64,000 nucleotides of DNA from Octopus vulgaris (GCA_951406725.2 OX597826.1:76694001-76758000); one strand, 5' to 3'. Shown: positions 28,677 through 43,048, counted from the stretch's first letter. Numbers and translations are program-made. Notes: generated by a model not told the origin, from the letters alone.

Positions 28677-29075
28677 CTAGCAGTATCGCCCGGCGTTGCT
28701 CGGGTTTGTAAGGGAAATAACTATATAAGCATTTTTAGAGAGTTATAGCCAAAAAAATAGCAAACAAATGCATTAAAAATGGAAAAAAAAATGATGGTAA
28801 ATTCTTTTTTAAATCGTTGACTCATCGTAGACATTTTTAGAGAGTTACTTCTCTTAATAATAGCGAAAAAATGCATTCAAATGGAAAAAAATGATGGTAA
28901 TTTTTTTTTTTAATCGTAGACTCATCGTAGACGCGCGCTAATACCCAGAAGGGCTCGATATAAATCACGACTATAAGATACCCGGGTTTCGTTAAACTGC
29001 ACCGCAAAATGTGGGAGTAGTTAGGAATCTAAATCGTGGGAGACAGACACACAACTTCACTTTTATATATAAAGA
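28677..29075 (-). mobile_element. Non-autonomous Helitron, same family, inverted
   Basis: Near-identical reverse complement of 28098-28481 with the same termini and A|T target. Confidence 0.9.
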
Positions 29076-31911
29076 TATGGTGGGTGGCGGTTGGACGAGA
29101 AATACCGAATGAAAATAACAGCTATTGAACAGATTAGTACTCGAAATACAGACATTATGATTTGAAATCAATTTTAATTTTAGTGTACACGGGTCACTAG
29201 ATACAAACTCTTAATGTATACCTAACGCTATGAGTATGTTTGTGTGTGTGTGTGTGTGTGTTCATTTGGGTGTTTGTGTGTTTATGTAGGTGTTTGTGTA
29301 TGCATATGTGGGCGCACCCACGTATATACAAAATGTAGATCTACATCGAAATAGACATAAATAGGTATTTGTTTAATATATTTGTGTGAAGTTGATGGTA
29401 TTGTGCTTTTAGAGTATGCTCCCACCTATGTTACATACACTTGTTTTATAATCAATTAATTAGATAAATAGTAAACTAAGTAATTAACTTAATGCTATTA
29501 ATGGTTTGTCAAAGTTCTTCCTACGTAATCTTTGATACTATCGACGAGGATATCACCTCTCACACTTTCTTCGCCACTATCTCACACATCTCTGCTGTTT
29601 CTGTATGATTGACTACAGGTCCATACTTAGAGAGAGAGAGAGAGATTGTGTGTGTATGTGTATGTGTTGTGTGTGTGCGTGTGTGTGTGTTTGTTTCTGT
29701 GTGTGTGTGAGTGATTTTAATTGAAGTGGTGGTGGTAGTGGTGTTGATATTAATACATCTACCGCTGCTTTCTGTGTTTTGTTTACGACGATGAATTCTA
29801 CTATGTGTCATCGCAGATTTCTTTTGCAGATCTTCTGTGGTTCTTTTGGACTTTAAACTCATTCAAACCTATACAAATCTGAGTACATATATAATTTTGT
29901 ATGTCTGCAGCGATATACATGCATGCATCAATATATATGAGTGTCTCTCTATGCGTATTTGTTTCGATGCAGGAGTTGTTATTTCAATTTTCTTACTGCT
30001 GTATTGTATTAAGTTCTGTTATATTTTGTCGTATCGTATAATATAATGTGCAATATATTATGTCGCATCATAATGTATTTCATCTTTTGACGAGACATTT
30101 ACATTCGCCGAGGAGATGGTCTCAACAAAAATGCCAGACGTTTTCTCCTTCTACCATACAACAATATCTTGCCTGCGTCGCTTCAAATGGATTGCAGTTC
30201 TATTGGAATGTCCCACGAATACTTATATTTTAAATACGCTGTGCATACAATCTGACTCTGATGCGATTTCTTATTGTCTATCAGAATAATCATTTTTGAA
30301 TATCGAATTGTAGACGGTTTTAGCGACAATGCCGTATAATGGGATGCTAGCATGATGCAGATAATCTTTGTATAACTGATGATGATACAAAGAATATCTG
30401 GCTCACTGGCAAGGTCCAAACGGCAGGATTACGCAACAAAATCTCTCTAAAAATCTACATATGTTGGGGTTCTCCGCAAAAGAAATGACCAAGCGGATTG
30501 GCATTTTTTAAGTACAATCGATTTGAGCTTTAGTGAAAATTTGTATGACTCATGGATACAATGACATACATCTTTAGAATACAAATACACAGAGAAACAA
30601 TAATGAGACACACACACACACACACACACCTGTGTACTAAAGTGGCATGCACACCTGCTACAGCAGTGAAAATTTATGCATATATACATACACACACATA
30701 CATCTCACTTTGGAATAAATAAATTTAGAGAATTCTCCTGCTATTGAATCCATACAATAAGAATGAACAGAAAAAATACTGGTGAAACATTTCCATGAAA
30801 CATATGCCAAATGTAAATATCACAGGCTGGATATTCTTCTTTCGTCCAGACAAAAACAAATGTTTGTACCGTCATAGAGGTCAGCTGATCTGCTGATGTG
30901 AATAAACCTTTGAAAATCAAAGAGAAAGAAGATAACTATGGTCGGCTGCTCTAAAGATTTCAGCTTCTATATAAAGATTATAAATTCTCATTTATACCAA
31001 TAATAATTGGTGTACCGGTTTTGTGAGTAAATGCCTAAACGACAATCTGGATAAGCTAGGATAACTTGGATAATCTGGATAAGCTATGTTTTCAGAAATT
31101 CGAGTATTATACATATAATCTGTAAGTGGAACAGTAAAAATATGGAAGACTTTCTCCAAGTTTAAAATGCAGCATTGTTTTTGTTATCTACATTTCATCG
31201 ATTGTATCTTGGTTAGAAACCAGCTCTTGCCTCTGAAGTAGAATTCAATCATGCATATTTCTATGCACACACTAAGCCAATTCAGATAACCAACACACAG
31301 CAAAAATTTATCTTTATGCAAACAAATGAGTATTGCCACTTTGATAGTGATAGGACCAAATTCTAAAAAGGGAAAAATAAATTGCACCGCCAACGCACAA
31401 AACTTATAAAACCAGCCAGGTTTCAGAAAAGAAATTTGCTTCACGCTTGGTTGTGTACCTATCTCTTTCTCTCTCTCTCTCTTTCCCCTCTCTCACACAC
31501 ACACATGCACATACACATATATGCACGCGCACACACTCACACACACACATACACACACACACATATACACACATACACGTACATATACATGAAATAATAG
31601 ATGAAATGAACGCCTTCTACGCACTTCACATTACTTGAAGTTATGTGGAGTGAAGTCAAATTTTGGTTCAATTAAATAACGGTAATTCCAACAAAACGTG
31701 TGAGAACTATTTTCCTTCTTTTGGTCACTTACTTGTGCGCGCACGCGAACATTTGTGTGAGTGTATACGTGTATATATATATATTTGTATATTTATATAT
31801 AGATACACCCATACAGTACGTATAGCAAACACATATTCATAAACGCAACTATATATATATATACATATACATATACATACATATATATATACACACACAT
31901 ATATATATATA

Positions 31912-31967
<56 letters not shown>

Positions 31968-31989
31968 TGCTCATCTGACTGTAGGCATT

Positions 31990-32029
<40 letters not shown>

Positions 32030-32824
32030 AGCATTCATATGTGTATACACGTAACACGGACACCTAATGAAGAAATGAATTAACGTTTTATTCAGCGCTG
32101 TTGCGTTCTTGCACCGAAATTGACCTGTTGGGTCACGTGGTAATCACCTCGCTGAACCAATGGCATTTACTCTAGAATTACTTCCGCATACAAGGTTACA
32201 AGTCACATGACATTTTAATTTCATTCACTTCCCGAAAACTTATTGGTTGCCTCTATACATAGCGTTGTTTATGTATCTGACTTCATTGTGCTTTTTGATG
32301 TCCCTATATTTGTTATGTACACTGTGCGTGCGCGTGTGTGTGTGTGCATGTATAAATACATATGTTATATATTCACATATGTATGCCTATATGTGTATAT
32401 ACACATACACACACACATATATATACACATATATATAGGTATATAGATAGATACATAGAGAGATATAGATATAGATATAGTAAGGGAGAGAGTGTGAAAG
32501 ATGGATATATATAAATATATATATATATGTATACGCACACGTGTATCTAGAGGTATATGTATGAATACATAAATACACACGCATACATACATAAGCTCAC
32601 TGTCTTACACACACACACACAAACACACACACACATGAACACACACACACACACACAAGAACACACAAGAAAACACACGAACACACACACACACTGTCTC
32701 TCTCTCTCTCGCTCTCTTTTTCTCATGCACACGCGCGAGTACGCATACACACGCAGGAACACATTTTCTCATCTTTCTCTTTCTCCCTCTCTCTCATTCT
32801 CTCTCTCTCCCTCTCTCTCTCTCC

Positions 32825-32855
<31 letters not shown>

Positions 32856-32977
32856 ACATACACACTCAGGCCCACGACTTACCCTTCCTCTGCTTCCATA
32901 CCACCTGCTGTGGGCGTTTATATAGCAACATGGTTTTCCTATCACCGGCCTCTCAGGCAATGGGGACATCACAGAAT

Positions 32978-33279
32978 CTACGAACAGATCGATACATCTC
33001 GATTGGTTGGCCTTTGTAATTGGTTAGTTTGAAGTAATAGTAATGGTGGTGGCGGTGGCGGTGGTGGTGGTCTTGGCGCTGGTCGTCGTCGTGGGGTGAT
33101 GACGGGATTGGTGTGTCGGTGGTAGTAATGATATTGGCGGCGGTGCTGGTGGTGGAAATGAAGATGTTCAGAGTGATGACTAATGAGTGACGAGTAATGA
33201 GTGATAGTAATGGTGTTGATAAGGCTGATAGTAGTGACTGTGTTTGTGTTGGGTAGGTATGCTTGTGACGACGACGACA

Positions 33280-33324
<45 letters not shown>

Positions 33325-33805
33325 ATGATGATGATGATGGCGATGATGATGTTAGTAGTGTTGAGGATTGAGGTAGTAACAGAAATAGGAGAAATGGTGG
33401 TGGCATAAGTGGTTGAGTTCGGGTGGGGATTAGGTGTTGGTAGTAGTATGGGTGGTAGTATTTGTGCTGGAGAAGCTGAAGACGTTGGCAGTGGTGGTGG
33501 TGGTGGTGGTGGTGGTGGTTGTGGTGGTGGTGGTGGTGGCGGCGTTGGTGTGAGTGAAGTAGTTGATGTGGTGTTTGCGATGGTAATGGTACAGAGAGTG
33601 ACAGTTGTGTTTGTGGTGTCGGTAGTGGTGATAGTGCCGGTGGCGGTGGTGGTGTTGATGATGGTAAGTGTGGTGGGTTGGTCATAATGAATGATATCGT
33701 GTTGTTGCTGGCGGTGGTGGTGGTGGTGGTGATGGTGCGTGGGGTGATGGTAATATTGGTATCAGTTGTAACGATGATGGTTGTCTTGTTAATGGTGATG
33801 ATGAC

Positions 33806-33842
<37 letters not shown>

Positions 33843-33928
33843 TTGTTGAGGTTGTATGGTATTTCTTTTACTTTTAGTGTTTCTTCTACATTCTGGTCAT
33901 TTATTTGTCTTTGACTTGATCCATCCAT
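32978..33928 (-). CDS. Candidate low-complexity (His/Ser/Thr/Pro-rich) ORF or uORF, MDGSSQRQINDQNVEETLK...
   Basis: First ATG at 33928 with non-repetitive N-terminus; frame stays open for 316 codons through mixed triplet repeats; no recognisable domain, and CAC/CAT-rich DNA is intrinsically stop-poor. Confidence 0.25.
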
Positions 33929-35270
33929 CAGTGCTTTTATCAAGACCCATTCAGTAAAGAGCGCAATACATTTTGGCCAACGGTGACATTACAACAGATA
34001 TGGATGCCCAAACAGTCTTGAGTTTTAGCTAATTGATTCTTTTAGTTGAACTTTGATACTGAAATGGCACGAGATAGTCTTTGCAACTCTTCAGTGTCTA
34101 ACTTTCGTTCAATGTCTCTAGAGATCTTCTTATATATTCGGCTTCCTTAATACATCTCTTCAAATCAAAAAACACAATTTAACCAATCAGCGGGATGATA
34201 CCAGATAAGTTTTGCTCTATTTATGTTTATGAGTATCTGGTGACTGTATTGTATATATAGTATTTGTGTGCACGATAGCCTGTTCTATAAATACAAATTT
34301 GTTAAAAGGCTCCTTGCTGTAGTTATATATTCTGAAAATAAAAGACTCAACCGAAAGACTTTTCTTAGGGAGGAATTTTGGAACTAATTCTATTGATATC
34401 ACAACAAGTGGGGTTTTGAAACAACATCTAGTGATGCTATATTTTAAGTCACCTGTATATTTTATTTACTGGCAAACTCTTCATTTCATCTTACCTGCAT
34501 TTAGCATTTAAAGTGAAGATGAATTAGTTGTTGTTGATTGTACTTATTTTGAAAGTATCTGGTAAGTCTTTCCTGAATCATTTTTTTCAAATGACCCTAT
34601 AAAATCAAATCTTTCTAGTTAACTAGTCTTTGCTCCATAATAACTTTTCCTTAGCTACATCGAAAAATCTCTTCACAATTGCGTTTAGCCCAAAATAAAT
34701 CGCCAAAGAAAAACAATAATTTTAATATCAATATCGTTAATGTCAAAGAATTAATGCCCAAACGGTAAAGCTTTTAGAGGAAATAGTTTAGTGATTGAAA
34801 GATAAAAACCTCACTCTATCAATCTTAGTAAGTTTTCAATTATGCTTATAGTATGTTGTTAAATCACTTTGTTACCGACGAAATGGAACTCAACCAGATG
34901 ATTGTATAATTTCTAGATTAATGGAAGCGAAAATAAATTTACTAATTTTATGTAATTCACTTCTTTTCAGGATTAATGAGTCTACACCCGGGATTAGCTA
35001 AAAGGTTATCCTTATTTTCACTCATGGCTGTATTGCGTTGGCGCTTAGCCAGACATACGACTCTATCATCCATCATAATTTCGGACGTTAGTGTAGAGGA
35101 TTCTAAACTGATATTGAGATATGACTCTTGTTTTGTATGGTTTTGTTTCATAATTTGAAATTGCAAAGCAGTAATAGATGTAGATGCGGGAATAAAGTGA
35201 AACAGATAGACAGATTGATAAAAGATAGATAGTCATATAACGACAGGCATTAATACGCAGGCCGTGTATG

Positions 35271-35310
<40 letters not shown>

Positions 35311-35647
35311 GTGTGTTTATAGTAATAGAGAGATAGATAAAGAGAGAGAGAGAGAGAGAGAGAGAGCGATTGGTAAATACGTCACTAGACAGATTGTAAG
35401 ATAGATACATACAGAGGGATATGTGTGTGTGTCTGTGTGTGTGCTTGTGTGTGAATGCGTATGTGGTAGTTTTATGTGTGAACAAGTGTATTTTTGATGT
35501 CTACGTATGACCCAATCAGATATGACGTATTGGCCGAGTCGGAAACCAATGTTTAATTCACTCTGCACAATGAAAACTGCCACTCATCCGGTTTCACAAC
35601 TTTCTCTCTTTGCTTCATAACTGACGCCTTCATTCTGATCTAACATA

Positions 35648-35742
<95 letters not shown>

Positions 35743-36439
35743 GTATACGAGCAACCCTCCCGCCGTCCAATGGACGGTGCTGAGTTGTCAAACATTTCAA
35801 CCAAATTTTCTCAAAACAACTTGTCCAATCGTCCCATAGGCCTCCCCTTTGAGAAACACTGATTTAACCTAAATTTGAGACACCAGGAAAAGAAGAAATA
35901 AAGATAGACTTATTTTCTGTTCCAAAGAAAAACGATTTTATTCACACAAATATGCAACTGAAGAGTTTAAAGTACCAGTAATGATAAGGCTGTTGACTGG
36001 GAGAACACAAACATGGTTTAAACAGTAAGCTTGGCAGGAAAGAACTGTGCCTTTAAGCAGTACAAAAACAACAAAAAATGGAAGGTGCAGTTATGTACAG
36101 GTTGACGGAAGAAAATCAGGACAGAAACGATGCATGCAAATGGGTTAGCTGGAGGTAAATCTAGATGGAAAAGCATAATGAATTTATGAGAACGTACCTG
36201 GGACAATAATATGTTTATCCGATAAAACTTGTAGGAAATCAACTTGGGTCGATTTTTGATGGAAAGCAACAACCTAGGGAACTAAGTGACTAATTTTAAA
36301 CTAACTTACTTTACAGGATGTTCAAGGGCATGGAAAAGCTAGAGGAGCGCAGTCTTGTAAACCACATTCCTGATGTACTTCCGCGTACAAATGCACGTTC
36401 CCACAGCTTTATCGATCGCATTCTCACTTGGAATCGATG

Positions 36440-36575
36440 TTTGTAATTTTTTCAAGACTTATACACACCCTGATACCGTCGGTTTCTACATATCAAATTT
36501 GAGGGCAATCGGATGGAGGATGCCCGAGATCCTAGAAGACACACAGACAGACGGAACGGATTTTATATAATATAT
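36440..36575 (-). mobile_element. Probable 5' end of another non-autonomous Helitron
   Basis: Minus strand ATATAAAATCCGTTCCGTCTGTCTGTGTGTC...CCGATT...CAAATTTG resembles the 5' ends at 28098 and 43162; 3' end not located. Confidence 0.45.
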
Positions 36576-36576
36576 G

Positions 36577-36636
<60 letters not shown>

Positions 36637-36708
36637 ACGTCAAGCTGGTAGAGACGTTAGTTCGCCCGGTGAAATGCTAAGTGGTATTTACTCTGTGTTT
36701 ACATTTTA

Positions 36709-37125
36709 GGCGCAGGAGTGGCTGTGTGGTAAGTAGCTTGTTTACCAACCACATGGTTCCGGGTTCAGTCCCACTGCGTGGCATCTTGGGCAAGTGTCTT
36801 CTACTATAGCCTCGGGCCGACCAAAGCCTTGTGAGTGGATTTGGTAGACGGAAACTGAAAGAAGCCCGTCGTATATATGTATTTATATATATATGCGTGT
36901 GTGTGTTTGTGTGTCTGTGTTTCTCCCCCTAGCATTGCTTGACAATCGATGCTGGTGTGTTTATGTCCCCGTTACTTAGCGGTTCGGCAAAAGAGACCGA
37001 TAGAATAAGTACTGGGCTTACAAAAGAATAAGTCCCGGGGTCGAGTTGCTCGATTAAAGGCGGTGCTCCAGCATGGCCGCAGTCAAATGACTGACACAAA
37101 TAAAAGAGTAAAAGAGTAAAAGAGT
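36709..37125 (+). mobile_element. SINE family A, young full-length copy, directly after a truncated SINE B head (36634-36708)
   Basis: Complete head, core, internal microsatellite and (TAAAAGAG)3 tail. Confidence 0.95.
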
Positions 37126-38146
37126 ATATATATATATGTATGTATATATATATATCTGTCTATATAACTATCTCCATTATATCTCACGACCGCATACCAC
37201 CATCTATCTAGCTTTCAGTCTGCCTGTATGTCTGTGGTTACAGCATGTATATATTCTTATGTATTAGTCGAAGAACGTAGAGCAGCATCCATAATATTTT
37301 TCAGAATTCTGAGAATGATGGCTGAGGTGTAGGAAGAGATGCGAGTTCCGGTTAAAATTTTGGAAGAATTTAGGTTATACTAAAATACCAATAGCAAACA
37401 CACTTGCTTTAAATTAGATCGCGGTTAAACTCGCCGCCTAAAATAATCAATGTTTAATTAATGAGTGACAATGTTTCTTGTCATGATCGCTATCTCAGTC
37501 TAAAGACAGAGAGTGGGGGAAGAAGAATTAAATGAATTAAGGCAAGCCCAAGGTGGAACAAAACTACACAACTCTTGCAGGAACCAGGAAATGCAGGATT
37601 GAACGGATAAGAATTACTTCTTTTACAACTTATCCACCACCCACGTCTAAATGTATTGCTGCTCTGAAGACAGGCAAATCGAAATTCTAGAATAACCATC
37701 GAGATAAATTCAGTCGTGGAAATTGTTGAAACACGTTCCCTTTCTGCTTTACTTTCCCGGCTTAAATCCCATACTGGATGTGATATCTTTTATTTTATTA
37801 AGATCGATGTAATAACTGCCAATATTAATTCTGTCGATCTGTAATTCTGAGACCATCTTTAGGGTCTTGTTTCGTAACAGAACTGAGCTTTTTTTTCTTA
37901 AAAGGTAACAGTGAGCAAAATGCACGCATACATATATATATGCACGTAGACAAAGGTGTGTGTGTATGTATGCACGTTAATATGTGCGTGTGTGTAGCAA
38001 ACAGCCAGATGAAAAATTTTTGGTATTAGTCATTCTTCATTACACGTATTTCATTTGCTAATAGGTATAAAGATTTTACAAAGATTTATATGTTATGTAA
38101 ATATGTAACTAATTTCCTACAAGATATTCGTCAGAGAAAAGTGAAG

Positions 38147-38224
<78 letters not shown>

Positions 38225-38475
38225 CGATATTAAAAATTCCATTGATAGTGACTTCAGCAATACATTTCAACCAAATGGTCCTGAGGTGGCCTCCGCGATG
38301 TGGGATCAAACTCAGTGTGATTTGATTGAAAAGGAAACATCTTAACACATTACACGACTCACACAAACACTCAAAGACATATTCAACCTGGCCATCGGTC
38401 AATGCAGTAAACAAACAGAAAACGGCAGCAAAATAAAATAGAGCTTCTCCTTTATAAATATGTGGTTTAGCAATT

Positions 38476-39055
38476 CTCTCCTACTCCAGACACAAGCCCG
38501 AAATTTTGGGGGAGTAGGCCCGTCGATTGTATCGTTCCCAGCACGCAACTGGTACTTAATTTATCGACCCTGAAAGGATGAATGGCAAAGTCAACCTCGG
38601 CAGCATTTGAGCTCAGAACGTAGCGGCAGACGAAATACCTATTTCTTTACTACCCACAAGGGGTTAAACACAGGGAGGACGAACAAGGACAGACAAACGG
38701 ATTAAGTCGATTACATCGACCCCAGTGCATAACTGGTACTTACTTAATCGACCCCGAAAGGATGAAAGGCAAAGTTGACCACGGCAGAATTTGAACTCAG
38801 AACGTAAAGACAGACGAAATACCTATTTCTTTACTACCCACAAGGGGCTAAACACAGAGGGGACAAACAAGGACAGACAAAGGGATTAAGTCGATTACAT
38901 CGACCCCAGTGCGTAACCGGTACTTATTTAATCGACCCCGAAAAGATGAAAGGCAAAGTCGACATCGGTGGCATTTGAACTCAGAACGTAACGGCAGACG
39001 AAATACCACTAAGCATTTCGCCCGGCGTGCTAACGTTTCTGCCAGCTCTCTGCCT
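38476..39055 (-). mobile_element. SINE family B trimer with target-site duplication
   Basis: ATACC recurs at 38635, 38819 and 39003 (period 184); flanks TATGTGGTTTAGCAATT (38459-38475) and TATGTGGTTTTAGCAATT (39056-39073). Confidence 0.93.
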
Positions 39056-39379
39056 TATGTGGTTTTAGCAATTAAGTAAGAAAAGTCACTTTTCGAAGTC
39101 TAGCATTAAACTGGCCTTTCTTTATGTTTTCATTGTGAAACAATTTATTATAAACTTGCAACCGATAAATGACATTTGAATCCACGTTGACTAACTCTCT
39201 TTACGCAACAATGTGGATCGAATGATGTCTCCCTTTAGACCCTGCCGTTGCTGATTTCTATATGTGAAATGTACAATTGTTCATAAGTTAATAAATTGTA
39301 TGCTGCTGTCAAGGACGCACATCAGTTATTACACATGGATGATTAGAGAAAGATACAGACTGTATTTATGTTTACTATG

Positions 39380-39437
<58 letters not shown>

Positions 39438-39440
39438 CAA

Positions 39441-39477
<37 letters not shown>

Positions 39478-39478
39478 G

Positions 39479-39785
39479 TGGAGGCGCAATGGCCCAGTGG
39501 TTAGGGCAGAGAACTCGCAGTCATAGGATCACGGATTCGATTCTCAGACCGGGCATTGTGAGTGTTTATTGAGCGAAAACACTTAAAGCGACATGAGGCT
39601 GTACTCTTCGACTACAACTTTCTCTCACTCTTTCTTCCTGTTTCTGTTGAACGCTGAATCTTCACGAAAACTACTTTAAGAGTGTACGTGTCTGTGGAGT
39701 GCTCAGCCACTTGTACCTTAATTTCACGAACAGGCTGCTCCGTTGATAGGATCAACTGGAACCCTCGTCGTCGTAACCGACGTAG

Positions 39786-39786
<1 letters not shown>
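39479..39786 (+). mobile_element. tRNA-headed SINE family C
   Basis: A box TGGCCCAGTGG, B-box-like GGATTCGATTC, ~230-bp body; flanked by (TA)n; single copy in this window. Confidence 0.7.
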
Positions 39787-39838
<52 letters not shown>

Positions 39839-41314
39839 ATTTAATACACAACCAAGAGAGCTATTGATAGTTTCATGCTTTTATGATACTCTAACTAGAC
39901 ATATTTATAGAATACACCATGTATCTCCAAGCAATATTTCAGATTTTGTTTATGCGTTAAATATATTTGAAAAACAAGGAGGCTGGACAGGAAGGAAATA
40001 CGAAAAACGGGAAAAAGTGAAAAAAACGTGAAGGCGATAGATGAAAAAAAAATGGAAAACTTTTTATATCTTTGCCGATCCATGGTAAGAGAGGGCCACC
40101 TACTTGCCGGGTGCTAATCGCCCGGAGCATTTCTCAAAAATGGACGTATTCCAAGAGGTGAGTTTACATTCCGAGTTCATAGACAAAAAGAGTTTTGAAC
40201 GCTGTTGGATCATTTTGGTTTAGGCTCGCTTAATCAGAAATAAAGTGACAAGTGCCTATATGCATGTATATTGTATGTGTGTGTTTGTGTGTGTGTGAGT
40301 TGTATGTGATATAAGCACTACGGTCAAATGTAACTCTATGCAATATTCTACATAGTCGGTCTGTCACTGAATAAAACGAAAGCACCACCAAAGCTGCTTG
40401 GTGAGGAGAATGGTCTATGGAATGCCAACTGGCAACCAATAACGTGTACGCTTGCGTATATACATGAACATGCAAATGTACGAATATTTGTATCTTTATA
40501 TGTGTATGTAAATTAGGCAGAGAGAAGGATATTATTGGTTGAATCCTGCGACGTTTGTAATCTCGCGCCATTTCGCTTTCCGTTTTAAAACTTTAGTTGG
40601 ATTGCTTAAAATATTCAGCGATTGGCAGCCATATTGCCCCAGGTTTTGCCCCTATAGAATATTACGTGGGGTTTCTTTGTGCGCATCATCACTTCCAACG
40701 CAAATTAAGATTCAAAATTATTGGAAACCTCCGGTAACATTTGGCTGGAGTGTGGGAGGTAAAACTGTGGACTTTCTTATAGAAAGCGAATATCTCCGTG
40801 TTAGTGATGGCTTCTAACAGTTCCGAACAAGATGTTAGACAGAATGAGAAAAACAGAGAAAAGGTGGAAATACTCGACACCGTGTTGACTTCCACCATAG
40901 ACGCACACAAAAACACATTCCATAGTAGATGTGCCATTTGCTATGTGGTGCCAATGGTGTTACGTCACTCTTCATGGCTAGCGATACGATTTGTAGCAAG
41001 TAGGAGGTGCATATGTGAATAATGTTTGTCCTTTTCAAGGATTTTTCTAAGATCTGCTTAGACCAGTTTGAATGCGCAGTTGACAAACAACTTCCATGTG
41101 TGTGTGTGTGCTTGTATGTGTGTGTATGTGTGTGCGCATATTTGTGTGTATCTGTGTGTGTGTGTGCGTGTGTGTGTGGGCGTGTGTGCACTGGCGCGCA
41201 CGTGCATGTGTGTGGTTATCACGCAATAGGAACGATAGTGTCAGACTACAATCTTTTACTACGCAAAGTGTATTCGTTTTAGAAGATATTGTCCTTCCTG
41301 AAAGATTCTGAGAC

Positions 41315-41373
<59 letters not shown>

Positions 41374-41977
41374 GACAGACAGACAGAGACAGACAAGGAG
41401 ATTTTAGTGGTTATTTAGTGCGTGGATTGATTTCAGAAGGACGAATGACGAATTTTAAATCGTTGCGATAAGAACTCAAAGCCCAGGCATGGAATGAATA
41501 ACGCCACTCATTTGCCTGACGCTACAAAGTTTCGTTCATCTTCAACATCTGTCACATACTTGTATTGTCTTACCTCTCTGCCAATGCTACAACATAACAG
41601 TGGCATTTAAATCCCAGTACAGCTTGGACTCGAACTAATTCCATTTAGTTATTCTTGTCCTTGAGACTGTATGTGTGTCGTTGATTTTCAGTCTTTTCGC
41701 TCAGCATTTTTGCACCCACTTTCACGTTTTGTTTTACCCGTTTTTTCCCGATGTTCTCTCATACACCAGCGGCCCTGGTTTTTAAATACATCGAACGTTA
41801 TGAACTGAACTGGAAGGTTTGTTTGGAGATTCATGGCACAATACACAAATCTGTTACTTTTATATATCTTAAAGCATGATACTATTAGCGGCTCTTTTGT
41901 GATGGTGTATATTAAATGACATTTATCGCACACCGGATGGTCTACATTTTTGTTGATCCTACCCAAATGGAACTGTA

Positions 41978-42016
<39 letters not shown>

Positions 42017-42019
<3 letters not shown>

Positions 42020-42234
42020 TTTCTCTTTTACTCTTTTACTTGTTTCAGTCATTTGACTGCGGCCATGCTGGAGCACCGCCTTTATTCGAGCAACTCGACC
42101 CCGGGGCTTATTCTTTTTGTAAGCCCAGTACTTATTCTATCGGTCTCTTTTTGCCGAACCGCTAAGTGACGGGGACGTAAACACACCAGCATCGGTTGTC
42201 AAGCAATGCTAGGGGGACAAACACAAACACACAA

Positions 42235-42269
<35 letters not shown>

Positions 42270-42438
42270 CATATATACGACAGACTTCTTTCAGTTTCCG
42301 TCTACCAAATCCACTTACAAGGCATTGGTCGGCCCGGGGCTATAGCAGAAGACACTTGCCCAAGTTGCCACGCAGTGGGACTGAACCCGGAACCATGTGG
42401 TTGGTTAGCAAGCTACTTACCACACAGCCACTCCTGCG

Positions 42439-42440
<2 letters not shown>
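42017..42440 (-). mobile_element. SINE family A, full length
   Basis: Reverse complement of 36709-37125; inserted in (TA)n. Confidence 0.95.
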
Positions 42441-42473
<33 letters not shown>

Positions 42474-42558
42474 TAGAGTTTTATATATATAGATATGTAT
42501 GTATATATATATATGTGTGTGTATCAAATGAAATAAAAAACAGGACACAAATGATGTC

Positions 42559-42650
42559 GCGGTACACATGTTTCAAGCTTTATAGAACCACTTATTCTTA
42601 CATCAATGCATAATCGACATAACAGATAGTTTAAAGCCCTCTTCAGCCGC
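42559..42650 (-). ncRNA. Type I hammerhead motif with extended stem-loop II
   Basis: Minus strand GCGG-CTGAAGA-GGGCTTTA (long loop) TAAAGCTT-GAAA-CATGTG-T-A-CCGC: intact core, 4-bp GC stem I, 8-bp stem II, GUA triplet. Confidence 0.78.
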
Positions 42651-43007
42651 ATGCAATTGCTACACCAAAGACTTGTATCACATTATGAGAGGTCTGAGAA
42701 AGAACATTTGGTATTATTTATAATGGTAGGTAAACTAAGTGTCACCGAGAAAGTATGTTTGTAAATCTTCATAATCAAATAGGTATACAGGGTATTATTG
42801 GACTCCAAAAATACGTCCATACCGTTTTCTCACTCAATATATATATATATATATTCGATCCTGTTGAGTGGTCGCTTGGTAAATATCTTGGGGGGAAATG
42901 TTTGGAGACGAACAGTGTAGAAACTCGTCCGAAGAACTGAAACAATCCAAATATCCAGCATTTTCATACACACATATACAAACACACAGTTACACTCACT
43001 TTACATT

Positions 43008-43048
<41 letters not shown>

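Noticed and set aside
37655-37700. CTGAAGA...GAAA-TTCTAGAA-TA hammerhead-like string
   Set aside because: Stems I and II do not pair
38105-38140. Minus-strand CTGACGA...GAAA
   Set aside because: No stem I and marginal stem II
40520-41090. Possible LINE or exon remnant with overlapping short ORFs
   Set aside because: No recognisable protein motif in the frames examined
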